This document shows positions 7,775 through 16,816 of a stretch of DNA of 64,000 nucleotides, piece by piece. Each line of letters begins with the position of its first letter. The first letter of the stretch is position 1. The notes beneath the pieces were generated by a model. It had not been told where the DNA came from. It saw nothing but the letters and a program-made list of their open reading frames with translations, and did no database searches. The position numbers and the translations under genes are program-made. Location: the IMG/VR virus record IMGVR_UViG_3300043411_000921, positions 1-64,000 of that record, one strand, 5' to 3'.

Positions 7775-8818
7775 TCAGAGGAAGTTGATACCGTTGCGGG
7801 TGATCTCGTATTCAAACTCTACGCCCGCGGAGCCCCAGCGGTTCTTTGCCACATCGAGGAGACGGCAACCATAGTTCTCCGACTTCCTGTCAGTGTTCTT
7901 CCGCATGTGAAGGTGCATGTCAATGGCGTGCTTCACACCATTCGTACCAAGAAACTCTCCATCCTTGCCAACCTGCGAAACGAACATCGCAACGGTGTAA
8001 TGCTGCTTCGTCCAAGCGTTGAGGCGATAAACCGCCTCCTCCTGCTGCTTCTGATCGCCCTTCTGACGACCAGCACCCGGACGAGTGCAGCCGACAGTCT
8101 GAATCGAGTCAATGAACAGAAAGAAACCGCGCTGCTCGGCAATCAGATCAAACTTGCAGTGCTCCTCCCGCAGGAGATCCGCATAAGCCAGAATGTCGCC
8201 AATGTCAACGAAGCTGGAAAAGAAAGCCTTACAGTCAGGGGAAGAGAGGTTGCGAAACCCCTTCTGCTCTGCACGAAGCATAACCTGCTCGGGCGACTCC
8301 TCACCACCATTGAGAAGGACAACGTGGCCCTGTCCAAGCAAAGCGTTGATCATCTGAAGAGTCCAGGTGCTCTTACCGCCACCAGACATACCCGAAATCA
8401 TGGCGAGAGTGCTGGGACGGATACCATCACCAGTGAACATCGCATCCGTATGAGCACAACCAGAAGGAAGGCTAACACGCAGACGCGGATCAATCTCAAT
8501 CTCTGCGAAGGCACCAGCACGCTCCACACCAAGCGACAGACGGCTGTGGGTCGGAGCCGAAGCAACCTCAACCTGCTGCTGCGACACGGAGCCCGCAGGC
8601 CGCTGAATCTGCGTGGACATGGTGAAGGAGCGCACGGGAGGCGTCAAAGCAACCCGGACAATCTCATTGTTGACGATTGCGTAACCCGGAACATGCTTGC
8701 CGCTAAGGAGCGCGTCAATCGTGCGCTGCTGCGGACCACGCTTCATACCAGAAGTGTTCACCGTAATGATGGTGCTGGGGTTGGTGTTGCTGGGACCGTT
8801 GTCGTTGGCGTTCGTCAT
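7775..8818 (-). CDS. RadA/Sms-like ATPase (RecA superfamily)
   Basis: Walker A GMSGGGKST, GEESPEQV, Walker B FIDSIQ, KHAID, KNRWG (KNRFG motif). Confidence 0.9.
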   Translation of the reverse strand: MTNANDNGPSNTNPSTIITVNTSGMKRGPQQRTIDALLSGKHVPGYAIVNNEIVRVALTPPVRSFTMSTQIQRPAGSVSQQQVEVASAPTHSRLSLGVERAGAFAEIEIDPRLRVSLPSGCAHTDAMFTGDGIRPSTLAMISGMSGGGKSTWTLQMINALLGQGHVVLLNGGEESPEQVMLRAEQKGFRNLSSPDCKAFFSSFVDIGDILAYADLLREEHCKFDLIAEQRGFFLFIDSIQTVGCTRPGAGRQKGDQKQQEEAVYRLNAWTKQHYTVAMFVSQVGKDGEFLGTNGVKHAIDMHLHMRKNTDRKSENYGCRLLDVAKNRWGSAGVEFEYEITRNGINFL

Positions 8819-8824
8819 GGTCCT

Positions 8825-8931
8825 AACCTACCAGACTCCCCCAGACGGGTCAAAGGGTTTTTCGATCACATCCTTGGCATGAGAGTTGCAAACAGCTCAA
8901 GCCAACACCAAACAGTGGCACGAGCCTTGCA
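8825..8931 (-). promoter_or_regulatory. Composite promoter 7 (leaderless): TTGACC-17-TAGGTT-6-ATG + boxes 8875-8890 and 8916-8931
   Basis: TGGCATGAGAGTTGCA, TGGCACGAGCCTTGCA; 21 nt gap. Confidence 0.8.
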
Positions 8932-8981
8932 ACGTATCCTTATATGGCTCTCCCAGGTTTCTCAGATTTGTTTCCTGGACT

Positions 8982-9680
8982 CTATCGCTCCAAAGTATCA
9001 ATCAATGAAAACAATTCGCTTTCATTAACCAAACGGTGAACGAGTGGAATGTCATGTCTTGCCGTTGCGATGATAATGGTTTTGTTGTCTGCCACCATTC
9101 CAAGAATTTCTTCACCGTGCGCCATTGCGTATCCAGCCAAATTCAACTTGTAGAGTTTGCTTCCGATTTGGTAGTGCGTGTTTGCTGCCGGATATTGAAC
9201 TGGGTGTTTGGTCAGTTGTGTAAACCGACATCCGTAAAGTCGTGCTGTTTTAAGCGTGCTGTATTTGAAGGAACAACGAGTAAGACGCGCATTCAAAAAA
9301 GAGGCGCCCTCAAACACGCATCTTTTCAAGTTCGAATCAAGAAATCTTGCTCCAAAGAATTCTGCGTCAGTGAAATTGCACTGCTCGAACCAAGATTTTC
9401 CAACATGGGAATCATTAAATTGAGCCCCTTTGAAGCTGCAATTCTCGAAGAAAACATCTTTCAAGTAGGTGTAGCTGAAATCAAATCCAGACAAGTCGAG
9501 GTTTTCAAACTTGAAAACTATTGTTCCCGGCATGTTTCTGTATGTTGTTCTGTTTGACTCGTGATAAATCCTTTCGAGCCATTTTCCTCCAGAGCAGGAT
9601 GGCATGTTACCCCTTCTGTTTTTGCGTTGGTTTTCTGTCTCCTTCAGGAAATCGTGCCAAAATTGTGCTTGTGTTTTCAT
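8982..9680 (-). CDS. Pentapeptide repeat protein
   Basis: FENCSFKGAQF..CNFTDAEFFGARF. Confidence 0.85.
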   Translation of the reverse strand: MKTQAQFWHDFLKETENQRKNRRGNMPSCSGGKWLERIYHESNRTTYRNMPGTIVFKFENLDLSGFDFSYTYLKDVFFENCSFKGAQFNDSHVGKSWFEQCNFTDAEFFGARFLDSNLKRCVFEGASFLNARLTRCSFKYSTLKTARLYGCRFTQLTKHPVQYPAANTHYQIGSKLYKLNLAGYAMAHGEEILGMVADNKTIIIATARHDIPLVHRLVNESELFSLIDTLER

Positions 9681-9692
9681 TGTGTTGTTTTC

Positions 9693-10427
9693 TCAGTCGT
9701 TAGGGTTTTTGGTAACAGCCACGAAAGTTCCATGAATAAGCCAGAGTGGTAAATCTCGGTAAATCTCTCCTGTCGCTGGGCAGGTGAATGAGAAGGTTTT
9801 TGTTTTGGTGTTCACGTCAAACAACATCACCATCATTCCATTTTCAACGCCGAAATTCAATTTCGCCTTGGAGAAATCAAAGGTTTCCAGAATGAAACTG
9901 AGTAAGGCTTCGATCCTAACAGCTTTGGCGAGTGCCCCAGTAACCAAGCCCTTCTCTTTTGGATCAGAGAATCTAGCAGTGGAAATGCCATCACACTGGG
10001 AAAATGCGCAACCCGTTAGGTTCGCATCCCTGAAGTCTGCAAAACACAAGTTGGTGTTGAGAAACCCTGCTTGTGTTAGATCAGCACCTGAAAAGTTTAC
10101 TGAGTCTGCATAACAGTTTCGAAAAACATGCCCTGTCAGGTTCATCCCAGAAAAGTTTGCAAAGTTCAAACGATCCAGCAGAAACTCTTTGCTCATTTGT
10201 TGTGGTGTGTTGCGAAAATCAACACCCTCCTTGATATCTTTCCTTGGATCGTATTTCCTTGGAAACCACTTGTACCAGTTCTCGAAAATGAATCTTGTAG
10301 AGTAAACCGTCGGATAGACAACCAAAAAGAGCAACACCTTCAAAAACAACAAAATCATGGTATGTGCAACAAGAACACAAACAATGTTTTCACTCAGAAA
10401 GTTTTTGATTTGTTGTTTGGTTGGCAT
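9693..10427 (-). CDS. Pentapeptide repeat protein with N-terminal TM helix
   Basis: VNFSGADLTQAGF..ADFRDANLTG; hydrophobic N-terminus. Confidence 0.85.
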   Translation of the reverse strand: MPTKQQIKNFLSENIVCVLVAHTMILLFLKVLLFLVVYPTVYSTRFIFENWYKWFPRKYDPRKDIKEGVDFRNTPQQMSKEFLLDRLNFANFSGMNLTGHVFRNCYADSVNFSGADLTQAGFLNTNLCFADFRDANLTGCAFSQCDGISTARFSDPKEKGLVTGALAKAVRIEALLSFILETFDFSKAKLNFGVENGMMVMLFDVNTKTKTFSFTCPATGEIYRDLPLWLIHGTFVAVTKNPND

Positions 10428-11260
10428 AGCGGAGGCGGCTCCTTGAGCATGGTGAGGATTCTGGAGTTGGAGAACTTTTGAGTTTTACCTGTTTCTGGGA
10501 ATAGTAGTGTAAACGTCTTCTTGTTTTTCTCAACCACAACACCAAACGGAATTTGTTCTTCTGGGAGGCAGGAAAGGATTGCCGAACTCTGAGGGTTATA
10601 TTTCTCTGAAGGTTTATGGGCAACCTTCAACAATTTTCCAACCGCAAGATCAACTGGTTTTGGCGGGATGCTCTTTGAATCCCACGGAACATCTAGTTTG
10701 TATTGTCCTGTTGTTTCATTGGGAAAGAAGGGAAACGCAGCCCCAAACAGTGACGTTTGACTTAAATCACAATCAACAAACCAGCGTTTTTCAGAGTATC
10801 TTTGCGGGAAAGCTCCAACGAACCGAGCATTATCAAACTTGCATCTTTCGAAGTAGAAGCAACCTTCCATGCTCTTCACAAATTTGCAGCCACTAAAGTC
10901 ACAATCAATGAACCTGCAATTTCCAGGCGCCATAGACAACCAAAATTCACACCCTCTGAAATCTGCTTTTCTGATAACAATTTCTCCGGTTTTGGATAAC
11001 GCCATCTCCTCAAAGTTTTCAAGTGCGCGATACAAAACGTCTTGGCTGCGTGGATAAGCAAACCCAGCAGTTGGATTCTTTGGATCTTCAAACAGCTTTT
11101 TGTATCCAATGATCCAGTTGTTTAGTTTGAGTTGATGCCCTTTGTTCCCGTTGGTCTTCAACCAAAGCAAATGGGAAAGAAGGAACTTCCTGAGTTGCCG
11201 CTTCTCGTATGGAAGATGGCGAAGGGGTTTGTTGAGTGGATCAGCTTTGGGATGAATCAT
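10394..11260 (-). CDS. Pentapeptide repeat-containing protein
   Basis: HLLWL; ADFRGCEF, CRFIDCDFSGCKF; C-terminal KKTFT..P.TG shared with 9693..10427. Confidence 0.75.
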   Translation of the reverse strand: MIHPKADPLNKPLRHLPYEKRQLRKFLLSHLLWLKTNGNKGHQLKLNNWIIGYKKLFEDPKNPTAGFAYPRSQDVLYRALENFEEMALSKTGEIVIRKADFRGCEFWLSMAPGNCRFIDCDFSGCKFVKSMEGCFYFERCKFDNARFVGAFPQRYSEKRWFVDCDLSQTSLFGAAFPFFPNETTGQYKLDVPWDSKSIPPKPVDLAVGKLLKVAHKPSEKYNPQSSAILSCLPEEQIPFGVVVEKNKKTFTLLFPETGKTQKFSNSRILTMLKEPPPLCQPNNKSKTF

Positions 11261-11301
11261 TGTTTTTTGTGTTTGGGGGGCCTCCCCCGGCCTCGCTGGG
11301 A

Positions 11302-11493
11302 CTAGGTGCTTGTATCAATCAATTCAAGCTCGTCATCATGAAACCAATAACAATCGACTTCATGCTCGATGGAACCGTTAGCAACCAACACAAGAAATTC
11401 AGTTCCCCAACTATCAATGATCACTCCGAAAAAAGGAAATACGCCATCACGTTTAAATTCACAATCACACCTTACCAAATCACCAACCTTCAT
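11302..11493 (-). CDS. Small beta-barrel array-family protein
   Basis: MKVGDLV; VLVANG; ELELI. Confidence 0.65.
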   Translation of the reverse strand: MKVGDLVRCDCEFKRDGVFPFFGVIIDSWGTEFLVLVANGSIEHEVDCYWFHDDELELIDTST

Positions 11494-11741
11494 TTGTTTT
11501 TCAATCCATCCCAGGATACAAGCAACTCCTCAACCAAATCACAATAAAACCACCAAATCTCCAACAGTCCATCGGACTCTCTTCCTTTGACGGCAATATT
11601 CATCAACGCATCTCTGGCAACCTGTGGAATATGTTCCGCACTCATTCCAGTTGCTTTTTCGGCATCTTGAACAAATCTTTCCCAATTCGTTTCATAGAAG
11701 CCATCCAGAATTCCAAGCTCAACATCGGAAGGGGTTGTCAT
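11490..11741 (-). CDS. Hypothetical protein
   Basis: AGGAG SD; ATGA coupling. Confidence 0.7.
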   Translation of the reverse strand: MTTPSDVELGILDGFYETNWERFVQDAEKATGMSAEHIPQVARDALMNIAVKGRESDGLLEIWWFYCDLVEELLVSWDGLKNK

Positions 11742-11780
11742 GTTTATCTCCTATCTTTGTCTCACAGTAAAGAAGGATTG

Positions 11781-12611
11781 TCAAGTCATTCCTCTGAGGG
11801 ACTTGTAGAGATTTGAATACATCATTTCTGGATCATTCTCAGACAACCCAGCACGCTGACCATCCGAAATCTCAATCACAATCCAGTTTCCATCTTCCTT
11901 TTGAGCAACATCCAAAGTGAAGAAAGGAATGTTGGGAGACACTCTCTCAGCAGCTTCGCTAAGGATGCTGGGAGGAATAATAGAGGCGTCTGGTGGTGAG
12001 GATAACCCTGCGTCATCTACCGGCCAATAGAAGCCACTAGAAAGCATCCTCGAACCATAGAAGAACAGTCTAAATTCCATCGACACAGGACAAGACTTCC
12101 CATCCCAGCAACCAAGTCTTTTCAATGGAACATATTCCCGAGCAACGATTTGTTGACCATCAAATCTTGGGTTGTTGTTCATTTCGACGAGAAGGTTGAT
12201 GGCTTGCTGTTTGTCAGCCGCAAACATCTTGTTCCAGCGAGACTTATCCGCTTTCGCTCCCTTCACAATAAAACCTTTGTGTTCGGGGAAGGTTGGAAGG
12301 GTTGAAAAGTCTGTGTAAGTTTTTGGTGTGAGTTCATCCAGGTCATAAGACCAACTGGACGGATCATCCGCATAGACATACGCTCGACGATCATTCAACA
12401 GCGTACCGCCCAGCCTTTTGACTTGGGTTTCAACTCTACGAGGCCAAGGCCACATCGTATGCCTTGCAATCACCAAATCCCCAGGCTGAACATCCAAAAC
12501 ACAATCAGAAATCACGAAGTCTGTGTGATTCCTTACTGCATCTAGTTCTCCTGGATCAATAACAGATGCTTCAAACAGCCAAAGGATTCTGCCAAGATGA
12601 GGAGTATTCAT
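11781..12611 (-). CDS. ATP-grasp domain protein (R2K-clade-like)
   Basis: EFRLFF; FFTLDVAQKEDGNWIVIEISDGQRAGL. Confidence 0.8.
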   Translation of the reverse strand: MNTPHLGRILWLFEASVIDPGELDAVRNHTDFVISDCVLDVQPGDLVIARHTMWPWPRRVETQVKRLGGTLLNDRRAYVYADDPSSWSYDLDELTPKTYTDFSTLPTFPEHKGFIVKGAKADKSRWNKMFAADKQQAINLLVEMNNNPRFDGQQIVAREYVPLKRLGCWDGKSCPVSMEFRLFFYGSRMLSSGFYWPVDDAGLSSPPDASIIPPSILSEAAERVSPNIPFFTLDVAQKEDGNWIVIEISDGQRAGLSENDPEMMYSNLYKSLRGMT

Positions 12612-13240
12612 TTGTTGGTGTTCGGAATCGGAGTTCTTGTTGAAAGATCGAACAAAGCAAGGGAAAGACGACGACAAGCTTCGTGCCAAGCTGTTCGAAC
12701 TTCTGGGTTTTCAGACTCAGCAAACCTCTTGGAATTCTTGTCGTAATATTGAAGGTTAGAACAGGCGTCTTGTGCTTTGCCGAGAATTTTTGCGCTAAAA
12801 ACCTGTGCAGGAGTAAGTTTTTTGGATTCTCTGTTTCCATAGCCAAAACCATAGGTGGAGCCAACCCCTTCTTCGTGTGGACCACAAACTCTGACATCTT
12901 CACCAATCCCACAAAGAGCACTGAGAGCAAATCCGGGACAGCCATCGGAATGCCAGTTTTGGTTCAATTCTTCAAGCTGATGCCAATGAGCTTCTCCGCA
13001 AAAAACGCACGCAACCGTTTGATCACATGCCTCATACATCCAAGGCATCACTTCAACCAACTCTGTCAAAACCTCTTCGTAATTCCCAAGCACTCGCTCC
13101 AGCAACTTCCTCATCTCTTCTGGAGAAAGAGAGTCAAGACCACTGGTTCTGAGTGTTTTGGTCTGCTCAAGAGTGAGACAGTGTTTCAGTTTGTGTGTGA
13201 GGTTTGGATCAACCTCGTTTTCATTCGGTGGCATCGTCAT
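12608..13240 (-). CDS. Hypothetical protein with CxxC...HxxxC motif
   Basis: CVFCG...HSDGCP; GAGG SD. Confidence 0.65.
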   Translation of the reverse strand: MTMPPNENEVDPNLTHKLKHCLTLEQTKTLRTSGLDSLSPEEMRKLLERVLGNYEEVLTELVEVMPWMYEACDQTVACVFCGEAHWHQLEELNQNWHSDGCPGFALSALCGIGEDVRVCGPHEEGVGSTYGFGYGNRESKKLTPAQVFSAKILGKAQDACSNLQYYDKNSKRFAESENPEVRTAWHEACRRLSLALFDLSTRTPIPNTNK

Positions 13241-13397
13241 AGACCTCGCAGTAACACTTTCCGTTTTTCAGATCATCCCCCGAAGTGTGGGAATGACACG
13301 GAAAATTGTTGTAAAAATCGGTTTCGAAGATTTTCCTCAGAAAATCCTCACCACTAACGGGAATGAGTTTATTCGGGTGCTTTGCATGATACCAACG

Positions 13398-13697
13398 TTA
13401 CCAAACCCGAACCGTGTCCCGATAGTGTGGGTCTGGATAGTTGATAAACACCCTGGTTGGACAAGTGGGAACTTGCTTCCAGGTGAGGTTGTTGTATCCG
13501 AACTCTTTTGCCGGAGCCCATCGGCCACCACACGCCCTGCGATAACTCTTGAACCCACTCTTGAAAGGAACCAAAAGGAAAAGGAGCCGCACCAGGAAAG
13601 AAACCAAAGACTTGGGCTTGGGCTTGGGAGGAACCATAAGATCCTTTGCAGAAACTCGGTAGTGCTGCATGAAAGAAGTGTTGTTGGGCGTGTTCAT
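13398..13697 (-). CDS. Hypothetical protein
   Basis: TAATG coupling to upstream gene. Confidence 0.6.
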   Translation of the reverse strand: MNTPNNTSFMQHYRVSAKDLMVPPKPKPKSLVSFLVRLLFLLVPFKSGFKSYRRACGGRWAPAKEFGYNNLTWKQVPTCPTRVFINYPDPHYRDTVRVW

Positions 13698-14029
13698 TAT
13701 CCGGCGTAGCTCCAGAGAATCCAGCAGGGCTGGGTGTTTGGCGTTGATGGTCTGAGTGTATCAGGAACCTTGTTCAAGCGCAAGAGAAAATCGTCCGTGG
13801 CTGGAAGATCGCTGGGGATGCAGATGGCTCCGTTGTCAATCTCATATCCATAACGATCCGTTGCTACTGAAATGGCAGAACCTCTTGCATAAACCACGGC
13901 GAAGTCTCCTCCACCCATCGGTTCAACCAACTCAACGGCATAATCACTGGACTCATCAAAGAAATCGTAATCAGGTGGTGCTGGAATCTTCCAGCCAAAA
14001 ACCAAATAAACTGACAGTGAGGTTGACAT
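13697..14029 (-). CDS. Hypothetical protein
   Basis: ORF in operon. Confidence 0.65.
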   Translation of the reverse strand: MSTSLSVYLVFGWKIPAPPDYDFFDESSDYAVELVEPMGGGDFAVVYARGSAISVATDRYGYEIDNGAICIPSDLPATDDFLLRLNKVPDTLRPSTPNTQPCWILWSYAG

Positions 14030-14038
14030 AGTATTTTC

Positions 14039-14236
14039 TTATTCTTCTTCTTGGGATTGGTGAGGAGTTGGGTCAAGGTAGCCAAAAACATTTGGAATCC
14101 AGACAAGTTTTCCTTCCGGGGAAAGGAGGCGAATAAACTCCTGATCCTGTTCGGTGGTTTTGAAACCAACGATCAAGTAGGTGATGGTGCTTGGGGAGAA
14201 CAAATCACCAATGCGGATTGAAATGTTTCGGCTCAT
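14039..14236 (-). CDS. Array-family protein
   Basis: IRIGDLF; LLSPEGKLVW. Confidence 0.65.
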   Translation of the reverse strand: MSRNISIRIGDLFSPSTITYLIVGFKTTEQDQEFIRLLSPEGKLVWIPNVFGYLDPTPHQSQEEE

Positions 14237-14541
14237 AGATTGCTTTCTGTTTTGCTTGCGATGATGTCAAATCGAACAAAATCCTCGTCCAAGATTTTCA
14301 TAGTTTTCAGAGTCTTAGGATCGAGAAAAACGGTACAAGTTTTGCCGGAACTCAATTCGCTGCTGGCTGAGACAGAAAAAGCAATGACCAGAAGAACACT
14401 GCCCTCGTCAACGACGAAAGGTGTGCGAGGGGGCTGTGTTTCCCAACGCTCGGCATTTCCTAGACGGGTTACAAAAAGCCCATATTCCCACGTTCTTAGC
14501 CGAACCAAATTGTCAATTTCAAGCTTTTGTGTCGTTGACAT
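14233..14541 (-). CDS. Array-family protein
   Basis: LEIDNLV; EGSVLLVI; FLDPKT. Confidence 0.6.
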   Translation of the reverse strand: MSTTQKLEIDNLVRLRTWEYGLFVTRLGNAERWETQPPRTPFVVDEGSVLLVIAFSVSASSELSSGKTCTVFLDPKTLKTMKILDEDFVRFDIIASKTESNL

Positions 14542-14542
14542 T

Positions 14543-14917
14543 TTAAGAAGTGTCGGTGATTTTCTGAAAGAAACATTCACCGATGTCACAAGCGAGAACC
14601 TTCCCGGTTGTTGGGTGAAGGAAACAAAGAAGATCATCCCAGCCCGCTCCGAGAAGTGTGAGAGCTTTTCCCGGTAAGATAGATCGTTGTCCAAGAAAGA
14701 CAAGGTTGTCACCAGGATAAACGTATTCACAATCATAGTCCTGGTTGTCAGCCTTCATGACGACTTCACAAAAGGAACTAAATGGTGGCATCAAAACTCC
14801 CACGAAACCGTAATAGACCGTTTCTCCATCTCTTTGTGCTGATAAACAATTGACATATTGATACAACGTGCCAACTTCCAATCGCTTCCAAACTCGGATT
14901 CCTTTATTCTTGCTCAT
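14543..14917 (-). CDS. Array-family protein
   Basis: LEVGTLY; PGDNLVFLG; FLHPTTGK. Confidence 0.65.
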   Translation of the reverse strand: MSKNKGIRVWKRLEVGTLYQYVNCLSAQRDGETVYYGFVGVLMPPFSSFCEVVMKADNQDYDCEYVYPGDNLVFLGQRSILPGKALTLLGAGWDDLLCFLHPTTGKVLACDIGECFFQKITDTS

Positions 14918-14983
14918 TTACACCAGCGACTTTATGAAAGAGGCATTCCCCGACACAACAGCGTTCCTGGTTTACACTTACCG

Positions 14984-15289
14984 TTACAAATCATTGTCAT
15001 CAACCACCACTTCCTCAAAACATGGCAACGAAATATGCACTAGGCGGCAGGAGTCCCAAGGCTCTGCAATCCTTCCGTTCACAATCATTCCTGTTTTGCA
15101 GTGAAGAATCAAAGCACATGAATTCATTTTTGGTGTTTGTAAAGCAATGCCAAAGTCTCCTGGAAGGATTTGAACGCCTCGATCATGGATTTTGCAGTTA
15201 ACAACCCCGTTGTTCTCGAAGGAATAGACAAGGATAGCTTTTATTCCATCTCGGGCTTTTAGGAGTGCTCCGACTTTTGCTGTTGTCAC
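14984..15289 (-). CDS. Array-family protein
   Basis: KVGALL; PGDFGIAL; ILHCKTG. Confidence 0.6.
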   Translation of the reverse strand: MTTAKVGALLKARDGIKAILVYSFENNGVVNCKIHDRGVQILPGDFGIALQTPKMNSCALILHCKTGMIVNGRIAEPWDSCRLVHISLPCFEEVVVDDNDL

Positions 15290-15441
15290 TCTCTGTGAAT
15301 CCTTCCACAGTTTTCACAACGCCAAACCTTTCCACCAACAGGCTGCCCAGAAGATTGAATCAGAACCCAGGAGTGATTGCAAGGTGCAGGCTTCATCCCA
15401 AAACACCATTCATGAAGTTTTCCTGGAAAAGATGGGTTCAT
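15286..15441 (-). CDS. Small Zn-binding protein (CxH...CxxC)
   Basis: ATGA coupling; CNHSW...CENCG. Confidence 0.5.
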   Translation of the reverse strand: MNPSFPGKLHEWCFGMKPAPCNHSWVLIQSSGQPVGGKVWRCENCGRIHRE

Positions 15442-16214
15442 TGGGAATGTGTCTCCCCACGAGGAAAATAAACCTTGTTTGCTTGCACTTGAACAATATC
15501 CCAATCCCCAGGCTTGTCATCAGTTGTCACCAAGGCGGTCAAACGACCACCAAAGCAACAACCAGTGTCAATTGCATAACACCGAGCGCCAAACTCATTC
15601 TCCCAGACAATCACTTCCTCCAAACTCAAAACCTGATGTCCGAAAATGATGTCATGGTTGCCTTGGTACTTCTCAGCCCAAAACACAGAGCCTTCCGGCT
15701 GAATGAATCCAGGCATCTTCATTGCCATCATCTTGTTTGTCTTTTCACAAACATATCGGCACATGGTCAGAGCCTCGGGAGTCTGCCTGTCCATCGGGAT
15801 GCCAGGAACAACCCCGGCGTGGACCACAAAGGCATTATGCGTGGCAAGCTCGATGTAAAACGGGCAGGAGTCCATCCAGGAAATCTCGGCCCCGGATAAT
15901 GCCTTTACGGTCGATTCCTGGTCGGGGGAATATTTCATCGGGTTCCGATAACCAGGACGAGTTGCAACACGGTGCATGTGGTCAGCACGACGCAACAGCT
16001 TCGTGTCGTGATTTCCCTTCACAAACTCAATGTTGTTTTCCCGCATGAAACGAACAACGCCGGGAGAATCAGGTCCACGATCCACGGCATCTCCAGCAAC
16101 AATTGCCCGATCCACTCCCTTGTCAAAACCAACCTTGTCCAGGAGCATCTTGAGTTCATCAAGGCATCCGTGGACATCGCCAATCACAATCGTCTTCTTC
16201 TGCTTCGAGTTCAT
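15438..16214 (-). CDS. Calcineurin-like metallophosphoesterase (ApaH/PrpE/Ser-Thr phosphatase-like)
   Basis: GDVHG, GDAVDRG, GNHD, VHAG, FGH, IDTGC. Confidence 0.9.
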   Translation of the reverse strand: MNSKQKKTIVIGDVHGCLDELKMLLDKVGFDKGVDRAIVAGDAVDRGPDSPGVVRFMRENNIEFVKGNHDTKLLRRADHMHRVATRPGYRNPMKYSPDQESTVKALSGAEISWMDSCPFYIELATHNAFVVHAGVVPGIPMDRQTPEALTMCRYVCEKTNKMMAMKMPGFIQPEGSVFWAEKYQGNHDIIFGHQVLSLEEVIVWENEFGARCYAIDTGCCFGGRLTALVTTDDKPGDWDIVQVQANKVYFPRGETHSQ

Positions 16215-16221
16215 GGTGAGC

Positions 16222-16251
16222 AGTCTAACACATCCTCCAGCCCAAGGTCAA
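16222..16251 (-). promoter_or_regulatory. sigma70 promoter, leaderless (TTGACC-18-TAGACT-7-ATG)
   Basis: Read directly. Confidence 0.65.
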
Positions 16252-16333
16252 GAAGATTTTTTCCGTGGATGATCCCTTTGGTCTGGGTGCTGGGGCTAAA
16301 AGCCTTGGATTTAAGGAGGTTGGGTTGCAGGTT

Positions 16334-16404
16334 GTGGAGGATAACCAGAAGAGGGATCCAAGAAGGGAACTCTAAGAAAGAAGGGGGTTCATCCGGGGAG
16401 AAGG
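16334..16404. repeat. Purine-rich ~70-bp intergenic repeat, copy 1
   Basis: GTGGAxGATAACCAGAAGAGGGAT..AAGAAGG shared with 37844-37915. Confidence 0.7.
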
Positions 16405-16546
16405 AGTGTGTTGAAAGGATTTTTGAGTATTGGTAAAGAGGGTAAGTAATCTACCAGCTACGGTCTTGAGCAAGAACAATTGGGGTTGTTTCCTCTGCCA
16501 TCACCAATGCAGTCATCCCTTAAAGAACCAAGTCCCCCCAACCTTT

Positions 16547-16816
16547 TTATGCAACATATTCCCAGTAGAACAGGCTCAAGTCATGTTCAATTCCTTCGGG
16601 TGAGTAAACCCGCATGTGTTTTCCGTATTGCTGAAACCAATCAAATGTGATTCGATAATCAGCTCTTATGATTTTGCCATCACTTCTCAAAAGAACGAGT
16701 AGGTTGTTAACGGAATTGCTGCTAACGATCAAAAAGGATCCGGTTATTTGACCCTGAGCGTCTACAATCAAGGTTCCAGGCACGAAAAAACGAATGAAAG
16801 AATCAAGTTTTGTCAT
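16547..16816 (-). CDS. Array-family protein
   Basis: FVPGTLI; FLIV; LRSDGK. Confidence 0.7.
   Translation of the reverse strand: MTKLDSFIRFFVPGTLIVDAQGQITGSFLIVSSNSVNNLLVLLRSDGKIIRADYRITFDWFQQYGKHMRVYSPEGIEHDLSLFYWEYVA

Noticed and set aside
7907-9028. 373-aa plus-strand ORF that could be the target of the sigma54 boxes
   Set aside because: Antisense shadow of the radA-like gene with no motifs, and the boxes at 8875/8916 lie at its 3' end rather than upstream
13270-13400. Frame continues ~42 codons past the TAA of 13398..13697 (possible read-through or recoding)
   Set aside because: Single case with no homology support; TAA, TAG and TGA all act as coupled stops elsewhere, so there is no evidence of an alternative code
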